From a virus: a stretch of 64,000 bases of DNA. Shown here piece by piece: positions 46,244 through 56,807 of this stretch (the first letter of the stretch is position 1; every line of letters starts with the position of its first letter). Below the pieces are notes generated by a model that was given only the letters and a program-made list of their open reading frames with translations, made no database searches and had not been told where the DNA came from. Where the stretch lies: IMG/VR virus record IMGVR_UViG_3300012314_000001; one strand, written 5' to 3'. The position numbers and the translations under genes were made by a program.

Positions 46244-46920
46244 TATCCGCGGTACTTAGGATACCGCGACTGATAGAACGTATCGAGGCCGACACCGTTG
46301 GAATACACGTTGTGTCGAGCCTCGATATAGTTTATTGCCGCCGAGGCTTGCGCTACCGGATCATAGATAGCATCAGACGTTCCTGACTGGTGGTATTGGG
46401 CAAAGGTATCTGGCACAAGTTGCAGCCAGCCGCGGGAGGCGTGATACTTAAAACCATCAGCCATTTCGTCCCCGTGATAGTTTTTGTCCCACGTGTTAAT
46501 AGCGTTAGGGGTTCCCGCAGACTCGTTTTCACCAATAAGGGTTAGTACCTGCGTCCACTTTTCTCGCAGCTCAGGATCTTCAATTCCGTTTTTATCTAGT
46601 GCCTCGTTGATGACGTTTTCTACCTCAGATGCGGATAGAGCTCCTCTTTCTGGGCGAGTAAAGTCGACGTCTTTGTGGTCAATCCATTGTGTGCTGGTTT
46701 CTTCTCCAACAAGTGGGGTGGTGAAGTCTCCGTGGTAGAAGTCGACAATCTCGGTGGCGTAGGGTCGTTGGTCAATATCGGCAATGAGTTCTTCGACGCT
46801 GGGAGCGGTAGTAATGGAGGGGTAGTCGCCATGGGCGTGGAGGCTTGTGAGGGGTGTGTTTGCGGTAAAGGCTTGGGTGACTGATTCTGCCGCGGCGGTG
46901 AAGGCATCAAGTATGGACAA
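46240..46920 (-). CDS. lytic transglycosylase (SLT/lysozyme-like) domain protein
   Basis: LIGENESAGTPNAIN...GDEMADGFKYHASRGWLQLVPDTFAQY resembles the SLT catalytic-Glu region (E-S...GLMQ..P.T). Confidence 0.5.
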   Translation of the reverse strand: MSILDAFTAAAESVTQAFTANTPLTSLHAHGDYPSITTAPSVEELIADIDQRPYATEIVDFYHGDFTTPLVGEETSTQWIDHKDVDFTRPERGALSASEVENVINEALDKNGIEDPELREKWTQVLTLIGENESAGTPNAINTWDKNYHGDEMADGFKYHASRGWLQLVPDTFAQYHQSGTSDAIYDPVAQASAAINYIEARHNVYSNGVGLDTFYQSRYPKYRGY

Positions 46921-46985
46921 GGGTTTCTCCTTAGTAGGTTTTGGTTCTTTTGTGCAGTGTATCAGCCGCGCCGGGGTTTGTGGAC

Positions 46986-47456
46986 TTAGTGTGCCGGAGT
47001 GAGGTGGAGTGCTGCTGCGATGGTGTCGATGTGGTTGATGTAGAAGTCTTCGAAGGAGAGGGTGTTGTTGTCGTAGGTGTAGTAGCTGATATGGGTTTGC
47101 CAGGCGTTGTTGAGGGGTCGGAAGGTGATGTTGTGGTCATCGATGGTGTTGGGGGCGTTGAAGCGTTGGAGTTCTTGGTGGATGAATGCTCGGGTTGTGG
47201 TGGCGTGTTGTCCGGTGGTGAGTTCTTGGGCGACGTCGTTTGGGGTGGGTGTATTGTGGGTGGCGATGAAGTTGATAAGGAGTGCAGGGCCTCCGGTGAG
47301 TGCGTCGGATTTGGTGTGGGGTGTGGGTGCGAGGTTGATGGTGAGGTTGTTGTAGCCGGTGGCGTTGTTTGTGTATGTGTTGGGTAGGTGGGTGTTTTCG
47401 AAGCCGGTGAAGGGGTAGTTTCCGTGGGTGTGGACTAGTTGGGTGAGGGTGGTCAT
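46986..47456 (-). CDS. hypothetical protein (156 aa)
   Basis: ORF. Confidence 0.4.
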   Translation of the reverse strand: MTTLTQLVHTHGNYPFTGFENTHLPNTYTNNATGYNNLTINLAPTPHTKSDALTGGPALLINFIATHNTPTPNDVAQELTTGQHATTTRAFIHQELQRFNAPNTIDDHNITFRPLNNAWQTHISYYTYDNNTLSFEDFYINHIDTIAAALHLTPAH

Positions 47457-47595
47457 TGTGTGTCCTTTTGGTATTGGTTGTTTTGTTTTTAGTTTACCAT
47501 ACGGGTTTATTTAATGCTAATTGCATTGCAACATTTAGTAGGATGTAATACAATAACCAACGTACAACGCACCACTAGACAAGGAGTCCACTACC

Positions 47596-48012
47596 ATGAC
47601 CATCAAAAACCTTCGCGTCGCCTTCGCACACGCCTTCAACGCCGCCGTCCTACAAAGAGACGCCCACAAAGGCGACGAAAAAGACATCCACCACGCACGC
47701 GTAGCCCGCACCAGGTTCGACAACATCTGCGACGATACCCCAGACCTCGACCCACAACTACGCGACCAGCTTGCCACTGCTATTTCCAACGCCGACACCG
47801 ACAAAATCATGGTCATCGTCGACACCTACGGCGAGGGAGAACACCCCATCGTGCAATACATCAAGGGAGCCAACACTGAGATTGCCGAACTCAAACAAAA
47901 ACTCGACGAACTAGAGTCCCACCGTGACGCACTCATTGACCAAGCCCGATACAGGGGACTTTCAGAAGAACGCATTGCAGAAGTAGCACATGCAACAAAC
48001 GACCCACAATAG
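47596..48012 (+). CDS. hypothetical protein (138 aa)
   Basis: ORF; RBS aaggag upstream. Confidence 0.45.
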   Translation: MTIKNLRVAFAHAFNAAVLQRDAHKGDEKDIHHARVARTRFDNICDDTPDLDPQLRDQLATAISNADTDKIMVIVDTYGEGEHPIVQYIKGANTEIAELKQKLDELESHRDALIDQARYRGLSEERIAEVAHATNDPQ

Positions 48013-48032
48013 TCCCCGGCCCTATCCGCGCC

Positions 48033-48329
48033 CTAGGACAACGCCTCAATACGCGCCACCACTAGCTCACCCTCAACCAAACCCGTTAACTCTACAATAC
48101 ACTGATCACATGCCGCATATTGCACAGTATCCTCACCGACAACACTCCGGTGCGAAAACTCACCCTCAGCCTCAATAATCTTCTCAACGCACACATCAAT
48201 AGCCCCATCCATCGACTCCGGCCCGTTCAAATCAACAGCGAACACCTCCTCCGGATCGGAAACAAACCAGTACTCCGCGGCAAAATCAAACAACTCGTTC
48301 AAGCCTGAAAAATCCTCAATATTCGACAT
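48033..48329 (-). CDS. hypothetical acidic protein (98 aa)
   Basis: ORF. Confidence 0.4.
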   Translation of the reverse strand: MSNIEDFSGLNELFDFAAEYWFVSDPEEVFAVDLNGPESMDGAIDVCVEKIIEAEGEFSHRSVVGEDTVQYAACDQCIVELTGLVEGELVVARIEALS

Positions 48330-48332
48330 TTT

Positions 48333-48593
48333 TTATACGTTTCCATGCGCAGCCAACTTCAACACCATGGCAGCTACCTCGCCAGTACTGTACCCAGGAC
48401 GCGACACAGCCAAAACATACTTAGATTCCACATCCATGATCGAAATGCTGCCCTCATCGTCCTGCTCAAGAAGCAAGGAGCCATAGTGCGCCACATCAAT
48501 AGTCTCAATCTGCACAGTATGCTGCCCAAACGTTGCATCTTCCACCAGACCCCAATTTTCAAGAGTCTCAACAACAGCATCCAAAGAAATCAT
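48333..48593 (-). CDS. hypothetical protein (86 aa)
   Basis: ORF. Confidence 0.4.
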   Translation of the reverse strand: MISLDAVVETLENWGLVEDATFGQHTVQIETIDVAHYGSLLLEQDDEGSISIMDVESKYVLAVSRPGYSTGEVAAMVLKLAAHGNV

Positions 48594-48641
48594 CAGCTCT
48601 AACCTTCCATACTAGAAAATACTCACCGCTATACTATCAGC

Positions 48642-48857
48642 ATGATCGAAAAACACATCAACATCCTCGAAGACCATCTCATCGCCGCCCTCGGCCCGTC
48701 TGCCGCACGCTACGACATCTCAGGCCTCGTCACCGACCTCGTAGACCACATTGACTCCCACCAAGGCTGGGCAGACGACGAAACCTACACCCCAGAACTC
48801 CTCCACGCCCTAGGACCCTTCGACGAAATCAAAGAAAACTACCGCATTATTGCGTAG
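48642..48857 (+). CDS. hypothetical protein (71 aa)
   Basis: ORF. Confidence 0.35.
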   Translation: MIEKHINILEDHLIAALGPSAARYDISGLVTDLVDHIDSHQGWADDETYTPELLHALGPFDEIKENYRIIA

Positions 48858-48875
48858 AAAGGTACACTGACTTCC

Positions 48876-49475
48876 ATGGCATTAAACAATAAACTCCCCC
48901 AGCTCGCACAAGAATACCTCGTCGACGAAAACGGCACCATCACCTTCGACGACAACCTTGTTTCCATTCTCAGCGCCTCCAGCCACTTCGCTGAAATCTG
49001 GTCGGAAAACAACGACGATCGTGCTATCCCCGTCAACGTATCCCGCTCCGCTGACTTCATGGAACAAATGCACTCCATCGCCCATGTCCTCTTCGACGTA
49101 TTCTCCCCCGCCCTGCCACACTTTAGCTCGGAGACCATCTACGAGGCCTGCCGCTTCGGTATTGCACTATCACTGCCCATCGACGACGACACCTTAGAAA
49201 ACAGGTCCGCCCACTACACCTACCTGAAGGGCTCAACTACCGAAGACTTCAATGACTTCACCGATGACGTCAACGCCAGTATCCAAGCCGCAGGGCTGTC
49301 TTTAGAAGACGATGACACCCAAACGCAGCGTGCGGTAACCTACCTGTCTGCGTGTGCTGCAAATGATCGCCGCCGCAATGATGAAACAGGCTCTGGTCGC
49401 GCGTTCCGCCACGCATGGGACGAGATGGAGCGGTACATGGGTGGTTATTTTGCCCGATACGGAACCTTGACTTAA
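48876..49475 (+). CDS. hypothetical protein (199 aa)
   Basis: ORF. Confidence 0.45.
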   Translation: MALNNKLPQLAQEYLVDENGTITFDDNLVSILSASSHFAEIWSENNDDRAIPVNVSRSADFMEQMHSIAHVLFDVFSPALPHFSSETIYEACRFGIALSLPIDDDTLENRSAHYTYLKGSTTEDFNDFTDDVNASIQAAGLSLEDDDTQTQRAVTYLSACAANDRRRNDETGSGRAFRHAWDEMERYMGGYFARYGTLT

Positions 49476-49753
49476 AAGAGCGTTTGCGTTGCGGCGTTAA
49501 AGCTCTTTAGCTGCTCACGCTCACCGTCTAGCACACCATACACAGGGGTGTGCATAAGCTGCTCTGGTACACCAGCCAGGGCAGTTTTTATTGTTGTCAC
49601 ATCGAGTGGTTCATGCTCATAAAAAGAATGCAGCTCAATACTGCTGTTATCACGAGCAACATGAACCCCAGTGATAAAACCATAATCGTAGCGCAGGTAC
49701 AACATTCCCGGCACGGTTTCAAGATCGCGGACAAGTTCAGATACAGTGACCAT
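49472..49753 (-). CDS. hypothetical protein (93 aa)
   Basis: ORF. Confidence 0.4.
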   Translation of the reverse strand: MVTVSELVRDLETVPGMLYLRYDYGFITGVHVARDNSSIELHSFYEHEPLDVTTIKTALAGVPEQLMHTPVYGVLDGEREQLKSFNAATQTLF

Positions 49754-49755
49754 GA

Positions 49756-50277
49756 TTAAAAACTCCTTGCAGCAGCAGCGTTAGATTCGTCTTTTTCTTG
49801 CAGTCTCAACACTAGCTGATATGCCTCGGGGGCAGTATCATGTTGGGAAAATAGATTGTTGATATTGTTTTTGAACTCCGTGGGATCGTCTACCTTTGTG
49901 GTAAACCCTGCCACAACCCGCTCGTAGCGCACGGTGTAGATGAAGTAAAACAGGGCTACCGTAAACACCAGTGCGGGTACTGCAAGGAGAGCAAGCCCCG
50001 CGGTTGTGGTAGTTGCCGCCATGGCTATTAAGGAGCCTGCGGATAAAATGCCTGTAATCCACAACAGTGGTGTCATGTGGAAAAACGTGCTGGTATGCCG
50101 GTACGTGTTATAGCGTTTCCACCACGGGGAGGTTTTATCCCAGCGGCGGTCTACCAGGTAGAAGGTGGCAAGGCCGTCGTATTCGGGGCCTTCATCAAGA
50201 TAAAAGTAAGTTGCGGGTGTTCGCATTATGGGTTGCTTTCTGTAGGTATCTAGGATTTTAGTCGGAAAACTTTCCAC
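49756..50277 (-). CDS. hypothetical membrane protein (173 aa, about 3 TM helices)
   Basis: Hydrophobic segments LLWITGILSAGSLIAMAATTTTAGLALLAVPALVFTVALFYFIY. Confidence 0.45.
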   Translation of the reverse strand: MESFPTKILDTYRKQPIMRTPATYFYLDEGPEYDGLATFYLVDRRWDKTSPWWKRYNTYRHTSTFFHMTPLLWITGILSAGSLIAMAATTTTAGLALLAVPALVFTVALFYFIYTVRYERVVAGFTTKVDDPTEFKNNINNLFSQHDTAPEAYQLVLRLQEKDESNAAAARSF

Positions 50278-51155
50278 CTGCCGTCAGGGTCTTTTTCTAC
50301 TTTACCATCTGCGCGGAAGTCCTTTTCTATAGGCTTGATGTGGTCTCCGTTTCCAGGCTCTAGTGACCAGGAAGCGCGTGGTGCGGTGAAGTCTATGAGG
50401 TGTTTTTTGTCTTCGCTGAATTTGGCGTGGAAGTCGTCTGCGATGAGTAGGTCGTTTTGGGCTTTGACTTCCTGCTTACCCTTAACAGGCTCCATGAGGT
50501 AGGTGTCGGGGTAGACGTTTTGGATTTCGTCTGATGCGTTAACCAGTACCCAGCCCGGCAAAGGTACAGGAGTCCCGATTATGTCAGCGAGGATATTGTC
50601 GGTGTTGCGGACGAAAAGTAGACCTTTAATGACATAGGTATCGGTTGTTTTGCCATTAAAAGTGATCGTGCCAGAGCCAATCTGGCGATCCGTAGACCAC
50701 ACAGTATCAAAATCAATACGAGAGTCCCCATGCGAAGTAAAACCCTTCGTATGAACAACCGGCATCTTATAGGTCTCTAAAACCTTATCGTAGAGTTTCG
50801 CACCCGTATCAATAGCAGGAGCCTCGGGAGGTTTCGGTGCCGCAGGGGAGTCCTCTAACTCCGGGATTTCCCCATCGTCAGATTCCTGCGCAGGTGCCTC
50901 TTCGTCTTTGTTGTTAAGATCCTCACCAGCGTTTTCGTCACGAGCCTGAGTTGTTTCCCCACCGCTTGGGATAAGACCTGCAATACGATCCTTGTTGACA
51001 AAAAGTGCCGCCAGAATCACCAGAATCAAAAACGGCACAACAACAAACTTAACGACCTTCTCCAGGTTAAAAGACCGCGCCTCGGCTCGTTTACCGGAGG
51101 AGAAACTATCTTCTGAAGTAATAAGCGGCACGGGTGTTCGTGTCCTTTCTTTCAT
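50250..51155 (-). CDS. membrane-anchored (single TM) protein with acidic linker and extracytoplasmic domain
   Basis: Start set at MKERTRT... (the longer ORF extends to 51323). TM VVKFVVVPFLILVILAALFV. Confidence 0.4.
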   Translation of the reverse strand: MKERTRTPVPLITSEDSFSSGKRAEARSFNLEKVVKFVVVPFLILVILAALFVNKDRIAGLIPSGGETTQARDENAGEDLNNKDEEAPAQESDDGEIPELEDSPAAPKPPEAPAIDTGAKLYDKVLETYKMPVVHTKGFTSHGDSRIDFDTVWSTDRQIGSGTITFNGKTTDTYVIKGLLFVRNTDNILADIIGTPVPLPGWVLVNASDEIQNVYPDTYLMEPVKGKQEVKAQNDLLIADDFHAKFSEDKKHLIDFTAPRASWSLEPGNGDHIKPIEKDFRADGKVEKDPDGRWKVFRLKS

Positions 51156-51694
51156 CGCAGAGAGAGGATTTTCGGGAAGGTTAACTACAAAGCATTGTAT
51201 ACTTGACTCATTAATTTTGGGAAAGGAGTTTGGGTTTTCCGTGGCTTTACACAAAAAATCCTGGGCAGCGCTGCCTTTTATCGTACTCATCTTATGCTGG
51301 GCAGCAGCCGCCGCATCTCCCAAAGCAGCTAACCTACTTGTCGAAACCGGGTTTCTAACCCCACAATCCTCCGCACTCTTCGTCCTACCCGGCGCGCAGG
51401 GTGCGGGACTTGGGGTGTTTAATGTCCTGCTTTATGTTGGTGTCATGTTTGTTGTGGGGCCTATTTGGTCAGTGGCTACGTCATTGGACTATGTGTGGGA
51501 TTCCGATTTTCACGACGACAATGAGGCCCCAGTCGCTGAGCCTGCCGCGCCGGAGGTGCGTAAGGGTGCGGATAAAGGCAAAAAGGATCAGGGCAGTAAG
51601 TTCGCCGACTTAGACGAATAATCGGGGTTTTTGTTTTCTAGGTGTTGTGCGGGGCGGTTGGTAGAATATAGGCAGCTGACAGGTTGGAGGATTT

Positions 51695-52039
51695 ATGGCT
51701 ATTTCTTTTAGTGAAAGCGAAGTGCGCTCAATCCATCAGACGTTGGAAGAGTCTGCGGATCGTTTGAAGAAGGTTATTTCGCAGATGGAGTCTTTATCAA
51801 GCAAGTTTGATGAAAAAGATGTGTCTGTGCTGGACCCTAAGTGGGGCCATAAGGTTACGGGCAATACTTTCCGGCGTCGTGATGAGGTGCTGAAGGTGAT
51901 AAAGATCGTGCAGAATGATCTTGCGTCTTTGTCCAAAAACAATGGTGAATTGTCCGAAGTTGTTAAAGACTTTGTAGCTAAGAATAGGGAAAATACCGAA
52001 GATACTCTTGCCTCTCTCGACTCTATGAAGGAGAAATAA
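51695..52039 (+). CDS. hypothetical alpha-helical protein (114 aa)
   Basis: ORF; RBS ggagga upstream. Confidence 0.45.
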   Translation: MAISFSESEVRSIHQTLEESADRLKKVISQMESLSSKFDEKDVSVLDPKWGHKVTGNTFRRRDEVLKVIKIVQNDLASLSKNNGELSEVVKDFVAKNRENTEDTLASLDSMKEK

Positions 52040-52042
52040 CCC

Positions 52043-52645
52043 ATGCCTACCATTAAACTTTCCGATGAAGAAATGCTCGCTATGGCTAAAAAGCTCAACT
52101 CTTTGAAAGGTGAGCTTGATAAAAAGGCCATGGAATTGTCGAAGGTCCAGGACGTTTTTGACGAGAACGTCATTGAAGAGGAGTGGTGTCCGGAGCTTCG
52201 GGATGTGCAGAAGAAAATTGCTGAGGCGGGCAAGGATCGGCTTATTGACACTAAGTACGAGTTGTTGCATACTGCGGATCGTGTAGATCACTTTGGTCGG
52301 TCTATTATGGACTTCTTGGCGGAGTTTGCTGATCTTAAAGACGAGACGTATAAGGCTTTGCAGCTGGCTAATGCGGATATTGGGTTTAGGATTAGTAAGT
52401 TGGAGCCGGATGCGAAAAGTGATGATGCGGATAGGTACCGCAAAGGTGGGGATCATTTTCAAGAAAGTTTCGTTACAGACGGCCTAGAGGCTGACGACGA
52501 GGACGAGAAAAAGTCGGATGTTGGCACTCCAAGCAGCGACGAGACCCCGAAGGAAGAGGATAAGAAGCCTGAGTCTTCCGACACTGACCAGGGGCCGCAT
52601 ATTATGACTAAGGAAGAAGTTGCGGACTTTAGGCGAGGAGAATAG
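52043..52645 (+). CDS. hypothetical alpha-helical/coiled-coil protein (200 aa) with acidic C-terminus
   Basis: ORF tightly packed after the previous one. Confidence 0.45.
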   Translation: MPTIKLSDEEMLAMAKKLNSLKGELDKKAMELSKVQDVFDENVIEEEWCPELRDVQKKIAEAGKDRLIDTKYELLHTADRVDHFGRSIMDFLAEFADLKDETYKALQLANADIGFRISKLEPDAKSDDADRYRKGGDHFQESFVTDGLEADDEDEKKSDVGTPSSDETPKEEDKKPESSDTDQGPHIMTKEEVADFRRGE

Positions 52646-52655
52646 GAGTTTTTAA

Positions 52656-53153
52656 ATGACTAACCCATTGGCACATAATGAAGGACAGTCCTCCAACGAC
52701 TCTTCTTTAGCAAACGCACTAGGCGGATCATCCTTTGGTGATGCTATGAAATCTTCCGGTGGACTAAGCGACATGCTTAACTCTGCCGGTGGTGGTTTCG
52801 GCAGTGGCCTAAGCTCTAGGGAAACCGTTATTGTCAACACGGACAACATCCGGGACTTCATTTCCCAATACAAAAAAGCCGCAGAACGCTGGGAAAACGT
52901 GGCCCAATCCGTTCAAGGCATTCTCGACGCCTACGACGAAGACGCACAAACCTACACTGCCACGGGTGGGGCAATGCCGATTACCGACGAAACCCGCAAA
53001 ATCCTGTACGAAAAGCTGGAAAAGGTAGTCAAATCCTGCCACGAGTTCGGCGTGTCCGTGGAACAGGACTGTGCTGGCCTAGAAATGCTGGCACAAGCCC
53101 ACGACGAAAACGCAGCCCAAGCCAGCCAGGCAGCAGAAAACTCCTCCTCTTAA
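52656..53153 (+). CDS. hypothetical protein (165 aa)
   Basis: ORF; RBS aggag upstream. Confidence 0.45.
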   Translation: MTNPLAHNEGQSSNDSSLANALGGSSFGDAMKSSGGLSDMLNSAGGGFGSGLSSRETVIVNTDNIRDFISQYKKAAERWENVAQSVQGILDAYDEDAQTYTATGGAMPITDETRKILYEKLEKVVKSCHEFGVSVEQDCAGLEMLAQAHDENAAQASQAAENSSS

Positions 53154-53411
53154 ACCCAAAAACACACCCAACAAACCGGGCACTGAAACTATTGTTTTCG
53201 GTGCCCGTTTTTGTGCTTTCAACGGCACATTCCCTAAATTTTGACACCCACAACCACACACGGTATAGTCTCAATCAGTCGCCCACACACGGCGGCAACG
53301 TGGAACATTATTACGCGTGCTCCACGGCCCACAATCCGGGTTCGCAGGGTGCGGACTTCAATCCCTGTGCTACATTGCGTACTACACACTAGAAAGTGGG
53401 ATTTAACCTAT

Positions 53412-54569
53412 ATGACCACGCCAAATCTTCAAAACCCTTTCCTGGTCAACCAAACTGACCCTCTGCCAACCAACACCATGCCACAGGCAGAAGAACACAA
53501 CCCCACGGAACCGAAGGCCACTAAAATCTTCGGAATCCCTTTGCCAGACCAGTCCGGACCGGAACGCATCTACCGCTACGACAAGGGCGGCTACTCGCTT
53601 ACCGACCCGGCAAAGAACACGAAGTCCAGCACTAAGGTAACTCTGCTGCTCGACTCCACTTTGTCTAATGGTCTCAACGACATTCGCGGACTCGCAAAGA
53701 TCTCCTCCCGAGACATGCTGCGATCTGTCGTCAACGACCCTTCCTACCTGCAGTCGCTGGAGACTTCTTCCCCTGACGACATGGTCGAAGACATTGCTGA
53801 CACCTACCAGAGCCGTGGTGTTGCAGGACGTGCAGCAGAAGTTGCTGAGGCTATCACCGCATGGATTAACGCCTATGACTACCACGGCGTTGATATTGCG
53901 GAAATGCCGGAACAGATTCAGCCGTATGTTAAGGCTTACAACATTGTGTTGCGCAAGTACCGTTTGACCTTCAACGAGAATCTGACGAACCGTCTTATCA
54001 CCCGCGCTGGTGAAGACGGTGTCACTCCGGAAGACGGCCAGTACACAGTATCTAATACTCACCGCGTCTATACCGGGCCGGACGGCGAAACAATTAGTCT
54101 GCACCTGACTACATCGCCGCACTGGGAGCGTCGTCTACCTGGTTTTGCTGCTAATGCTGGTTTCGCGTCTCAGTCGCATCGTATTTTGGGCAAGGGTGCT
54201 AAGTCCGGTTGGGCAGAAAAGGACTTGTCTGATGCTAAGTGGCAGGACGCTAAGTTTGGTGTCCTTGTGCTGCCTCGTACGTTGGACGAGAGTGGCCGAT
54301 CTAATGGTCATATTGTTGGCCTGGACAAGAACCAATGCCAGGATATGGCGGACGTGGCTAAGACTTTGTACAACGTTAATCAGGCGCATGCCGATAAGGT
54401 TGTGGACAATAAGCTCATCTCTGGTGTTAATCCGGCTATTTTGGAAGAGCTGGATAAGACCAACGACTGGGTTGAGATGGCTGCGTTGTGGGAGAAGCAT
54501 AAGGACATTTGGGTAGACGAGTACACCACGTATGGTCAGGATCGTTTGCGTAATCTGGCTTCTCAGTAA
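53412..54569 (+). CDS. hypothetical protein (about 385 aa)
   Basis: Start set at MTTPNLQNPF (the longer ORF from 53241 overlaps non-coding-looking sequence). Confidence 0.45.
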   Translation: MTTPNLQNPFLVNQTDPLPTNTMPQAEEHNPTEPKATKIFGIPLPDQSGPERIYRYDKGGYSLTDPAKNTKSSTKVTLLLDSTLSNGLNDIRGLAKISSRDMLRSVVNDPSYLQSLETSSPDDMVEDIADTYQSRGVAGRAAEVAEAITAWINAYDYHGVDIAEMPEQIQPYVKAYNIVLRKYRLTFNENLTNRLITRAGEDGVTPEDGQYTVSNTHRVYTGPDGETISLHLTTSPHWERRLPGFAANAGFASQSHRILGKGAKSGWAEKDLSDAKWQDAKFGVLVLPRTLDESGRSNGHIVGLDKNQCQDMADVAKTLYNVNQAHADKVVDNKLISGVNPAILEELDKTNDWVEMAALWEKHKDIWVDEYTTYGQDRLRNLASQ

Positions 54570-54625
54570 TTTTGTCTTTTGAATCATTTTCCAATTTCCA
54601 CTTTTTCTAGAAAGGTTTAACTTTC

Positions 54626-55654
54626 ATGTCTAATCAGAACATCAGCTCCGAAAATCCGTTTGCTTCTCAGGCAGGTTTTGATCCGACTGCGGCACCACAG
54701 CAGCAGGGTCAGTCTCAGCAGCAGGATCCGTGGTCTCAGGCTCAGCCGCAGCAGGATCAGTCTCAGCAGTCTGGTGGTCAGGATCCGTGGTCTCAGGCTC
54801 AGCAGGGCCAGGATCAGCAGGCTCAGCCGCAGCAGGATCAGGCTCCGCAGTCGGATAATCAGGCTCCGCAGTTCCAGTCCCCGCAGGATCAGCAGGAGCA
54901 GCAGAATGGTCAGGGTGGTTTCCAGGGCCAGCAGCCGGATAATCAGGCTCCACAGTTCTTGTCTCCGCAGGATCAGGGCCAGCATAATCAGGGTGGTTTC
55001 CAGAATCAGCAGAATGGTTTCCAGAACCAGGGAGGATTCCAGCAGAATCAGGGTGGTTTCCAGAATCAGGGCGGATTCCAGGGCCAGCAGAATGGTTTCC
55101 AGCAGAACCAGGGCGGCTTCCAGCAGAATGGTTTCCAGAACCAGCAGAACGGATTCCAGGGCCAGCAGAACCAGGGCGGATTCCAGAACCAGCCACAGCA
55201 GCAGGCAGGCGAGACCATCACCGCCAGCGGCCCCGCAGTTGTTGACCTCAACAACCCGGACCAGTACATGTACCAGGCAAACCAGGACCGAGGCGACATC
55301 CGCAAGGAAGGCGACGCTATCCTCCTCATGGTGCCTACCAAGATCGAGTACGACGTACCATCCAAGTACGGCAACGGCAGCGACACCTACAACCGCTGCG
55401 TCCTCGACTTCCTAGTTGTCACCGGCCCCAACCAGGGCACCGTGTACCGCGATTCCATGAACTTCAACTCCTACATCATTTACTCCATGCAGGATGCGTT
55501 GAAGCGTAACATCCCGATCGTGGGCAAGGTTCAGAAGAAGCCTACCAAGAAGGCTCCGAATGGTGCATGGATGGTTGAAACCGTTGAGGATAAGAACATC
55601 TGGCATCAGGCAGTCCAGATGGGCATTCAGGCTGGCCTCCTCCGCGGCGCTTAA
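54626..55654 (+). CDS. Gln/Gly-rich repeat protein (QNQGGFQ repeats) with a globular C-terminal domain
   Basis: Long N-terminal low-complexity region with repeated GGFQNQ / QNGFQ units, then an ordinary-composition C-terminus. Confidence 0.5.
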   Translation: MSNQNISSENPFASQAGFDPTAAPQQQGQSQQQDPWSQAQPQQDQSQQSGGQDPWSQAQQGQDQQAQPQQDQAPQSDNQAPQFQSPQDQQEQQNGQGGFQGQQPDNQAPQFLSPQDQGQHNQGGFQNQQNGFQNQGGFQQNQGGFQNQGGFQGQQNGFQQNQGGFQQNGFQNQQNGFQGQQNQGGFQNQPQQQAGETITASGPAVVDLNNPDQYMYQANQDRGDIRKEGDAILLMVPTKIEYDVPSKYGNGSDTYNRCVLDFLVVTGPNQGTVYRDSMNFNSYIIYSMQDALKRNIPIVGKVQKKPTKKAPNGAWMVETVEDKNIWHQAVQMGIQAGLLRGA

Positions 55655-55723
55655 ATAACCCCTCGTAACAAACCCCCTTGTGTTCTCTAATACGAGAGCT
55701 CAAGGGGGATTGTTTTTGTATCA

Positions 55724-56635
55724 TCAATTCATGCGACGAATAGCACCTTCACGAATACGTGACATCTGATCCGCAATACTCGACGCTGTAGCCGGAGCAA
55801 CATACACCGACTCCTCGCCCTCAAAATTATTACGATACCCCGACAGCACCATACCTATCTCATACAAAAACTCCACCTCAAACCGCATAGACGAAATCTT
55901 TCCCGGCGCGGGGGAGTAGAGAACGTTAGTGTGCGCCAACTTCTCAACTGACAATAGTTTCGAATAACGCTCAATCATGTCCGATGGAACTTTCTCCTGC
56001 GCCATCAACTGACGCAGCTTCCGCATCGCCTTCGACGCACCAGAATCCGCACGAATCAACGACTGCGGCATAGACTCAAACACGCTCATCGGCACCATCA
56101 CAGGCTTAAACTTACCCGCAGGCCACGACCCTGTCGGATTAATTACGTTCAGTAACTCCTCTGCACAATCCCGCAAAGAGCTATCGTCAGACCCCTCGCG
56201 CCGGGTTACCACAATGCTGTCTCCGGCGCGCATAGCAACTGTCACCCCACCAGCATGCCGCGTAATTTGCCAAAAAACACGCGGCACGTCAATCAACGAT
56301 GCTGCAACGCCCCAGTCGATGAGTTCCTGGTCAAGTTCTACTTCGATGGGTTCTTTTTCGTTAATGAGCAGCAAAGTTCCCCAGAAGCTGTACTTATAGT
56401 GGGTGACGCCTTCAAAAAGTGCGCGTGCTTGCTCGGTGATTTCACCGTTACTGTCAATCACAGACCACCGGCGAAGTTCTTGTTCTACTACTGCGGTGCG
56501 GTCGGTGGGTTCTGCGGGTGCGATGGGGCCCAGGCCTGTGGGCATCTCTAGTTGGTTTCGGCCAATGAGCCAGGAGTAGTGGTCGGGGCCGAATTGGTTT
56601 TCGGGGTAGGTCATAAAGCGCGGGGTTCCTTCCAA
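55724..56635 (-). CDS. hypothetical protein (303 aa)
   Basis: ORF. Confidence 0.45.
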   Translation of the reverse strand: MEGTPRFMTYPENQFGPDHYSWLIGRNQLEMPTGLGPIAPAEPTDRTAVVEQELRRWSVIDSNGEITEQARALFEGVTHYKYSFWGTLLLINEKEPIEVELDQELIDWGVAASLIDVPRVFWQITRHAGGVTVAMRAGDSIVVTRREGSDDSSLRDCAEELLNVINPTGSWPAGKFKPVMVPMSVFESMPQSLIRADSGASKAMRKLRQLMAQEKVPSDMIERYSKLLSVEKLAHTNVLYSPAPGKISSMRFEVEFLYEIGMVLSGYRNNFEGEESVYVAPATASSIADQMSRIREGAIRRMN

Positions 56636-56807
56636 GCCGTTGAAAGATAAGACGTTTTAACCATACCGCATGGGCTAAAGAAGAATACGGAACAAAAGGC
56701 AGAAAGAATTGTTTTTCCCAAACGGTTTTTAGGATTTGCCAAGTGCCCGGCGCGAATATACAATATTGACGTATCCCGATAGTACAGAAAAGGACTACAT
56801 CCCACCT

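Noticed and set aside
54617-55415. ORFs 54617-54985 (minus), 54642-55196 (minus) and 54660-55415 (plus) inside the Q-rich gene
   Set aside because: They are frame shadows of the CAG/CAA-rich repeat region.
51695-56635. Possible ESX/type VII secretion module (three helical proteins of 114-200 aa, a 303-aa EspG-sized protein, and the FtsK-like ATPase elsewhere)
   Set aside because: No W-x-G motif is centred in the small proteins. The FtsK-like protein has one ATPase domain rather than the three of EccC. No EccB/D or mycosin-like genes were seen.
55724-56635. EspG-like assignment for the 303-aa minus-strand protein
   Set aside because: The only basis is its size; no diagnostic motif is seen.
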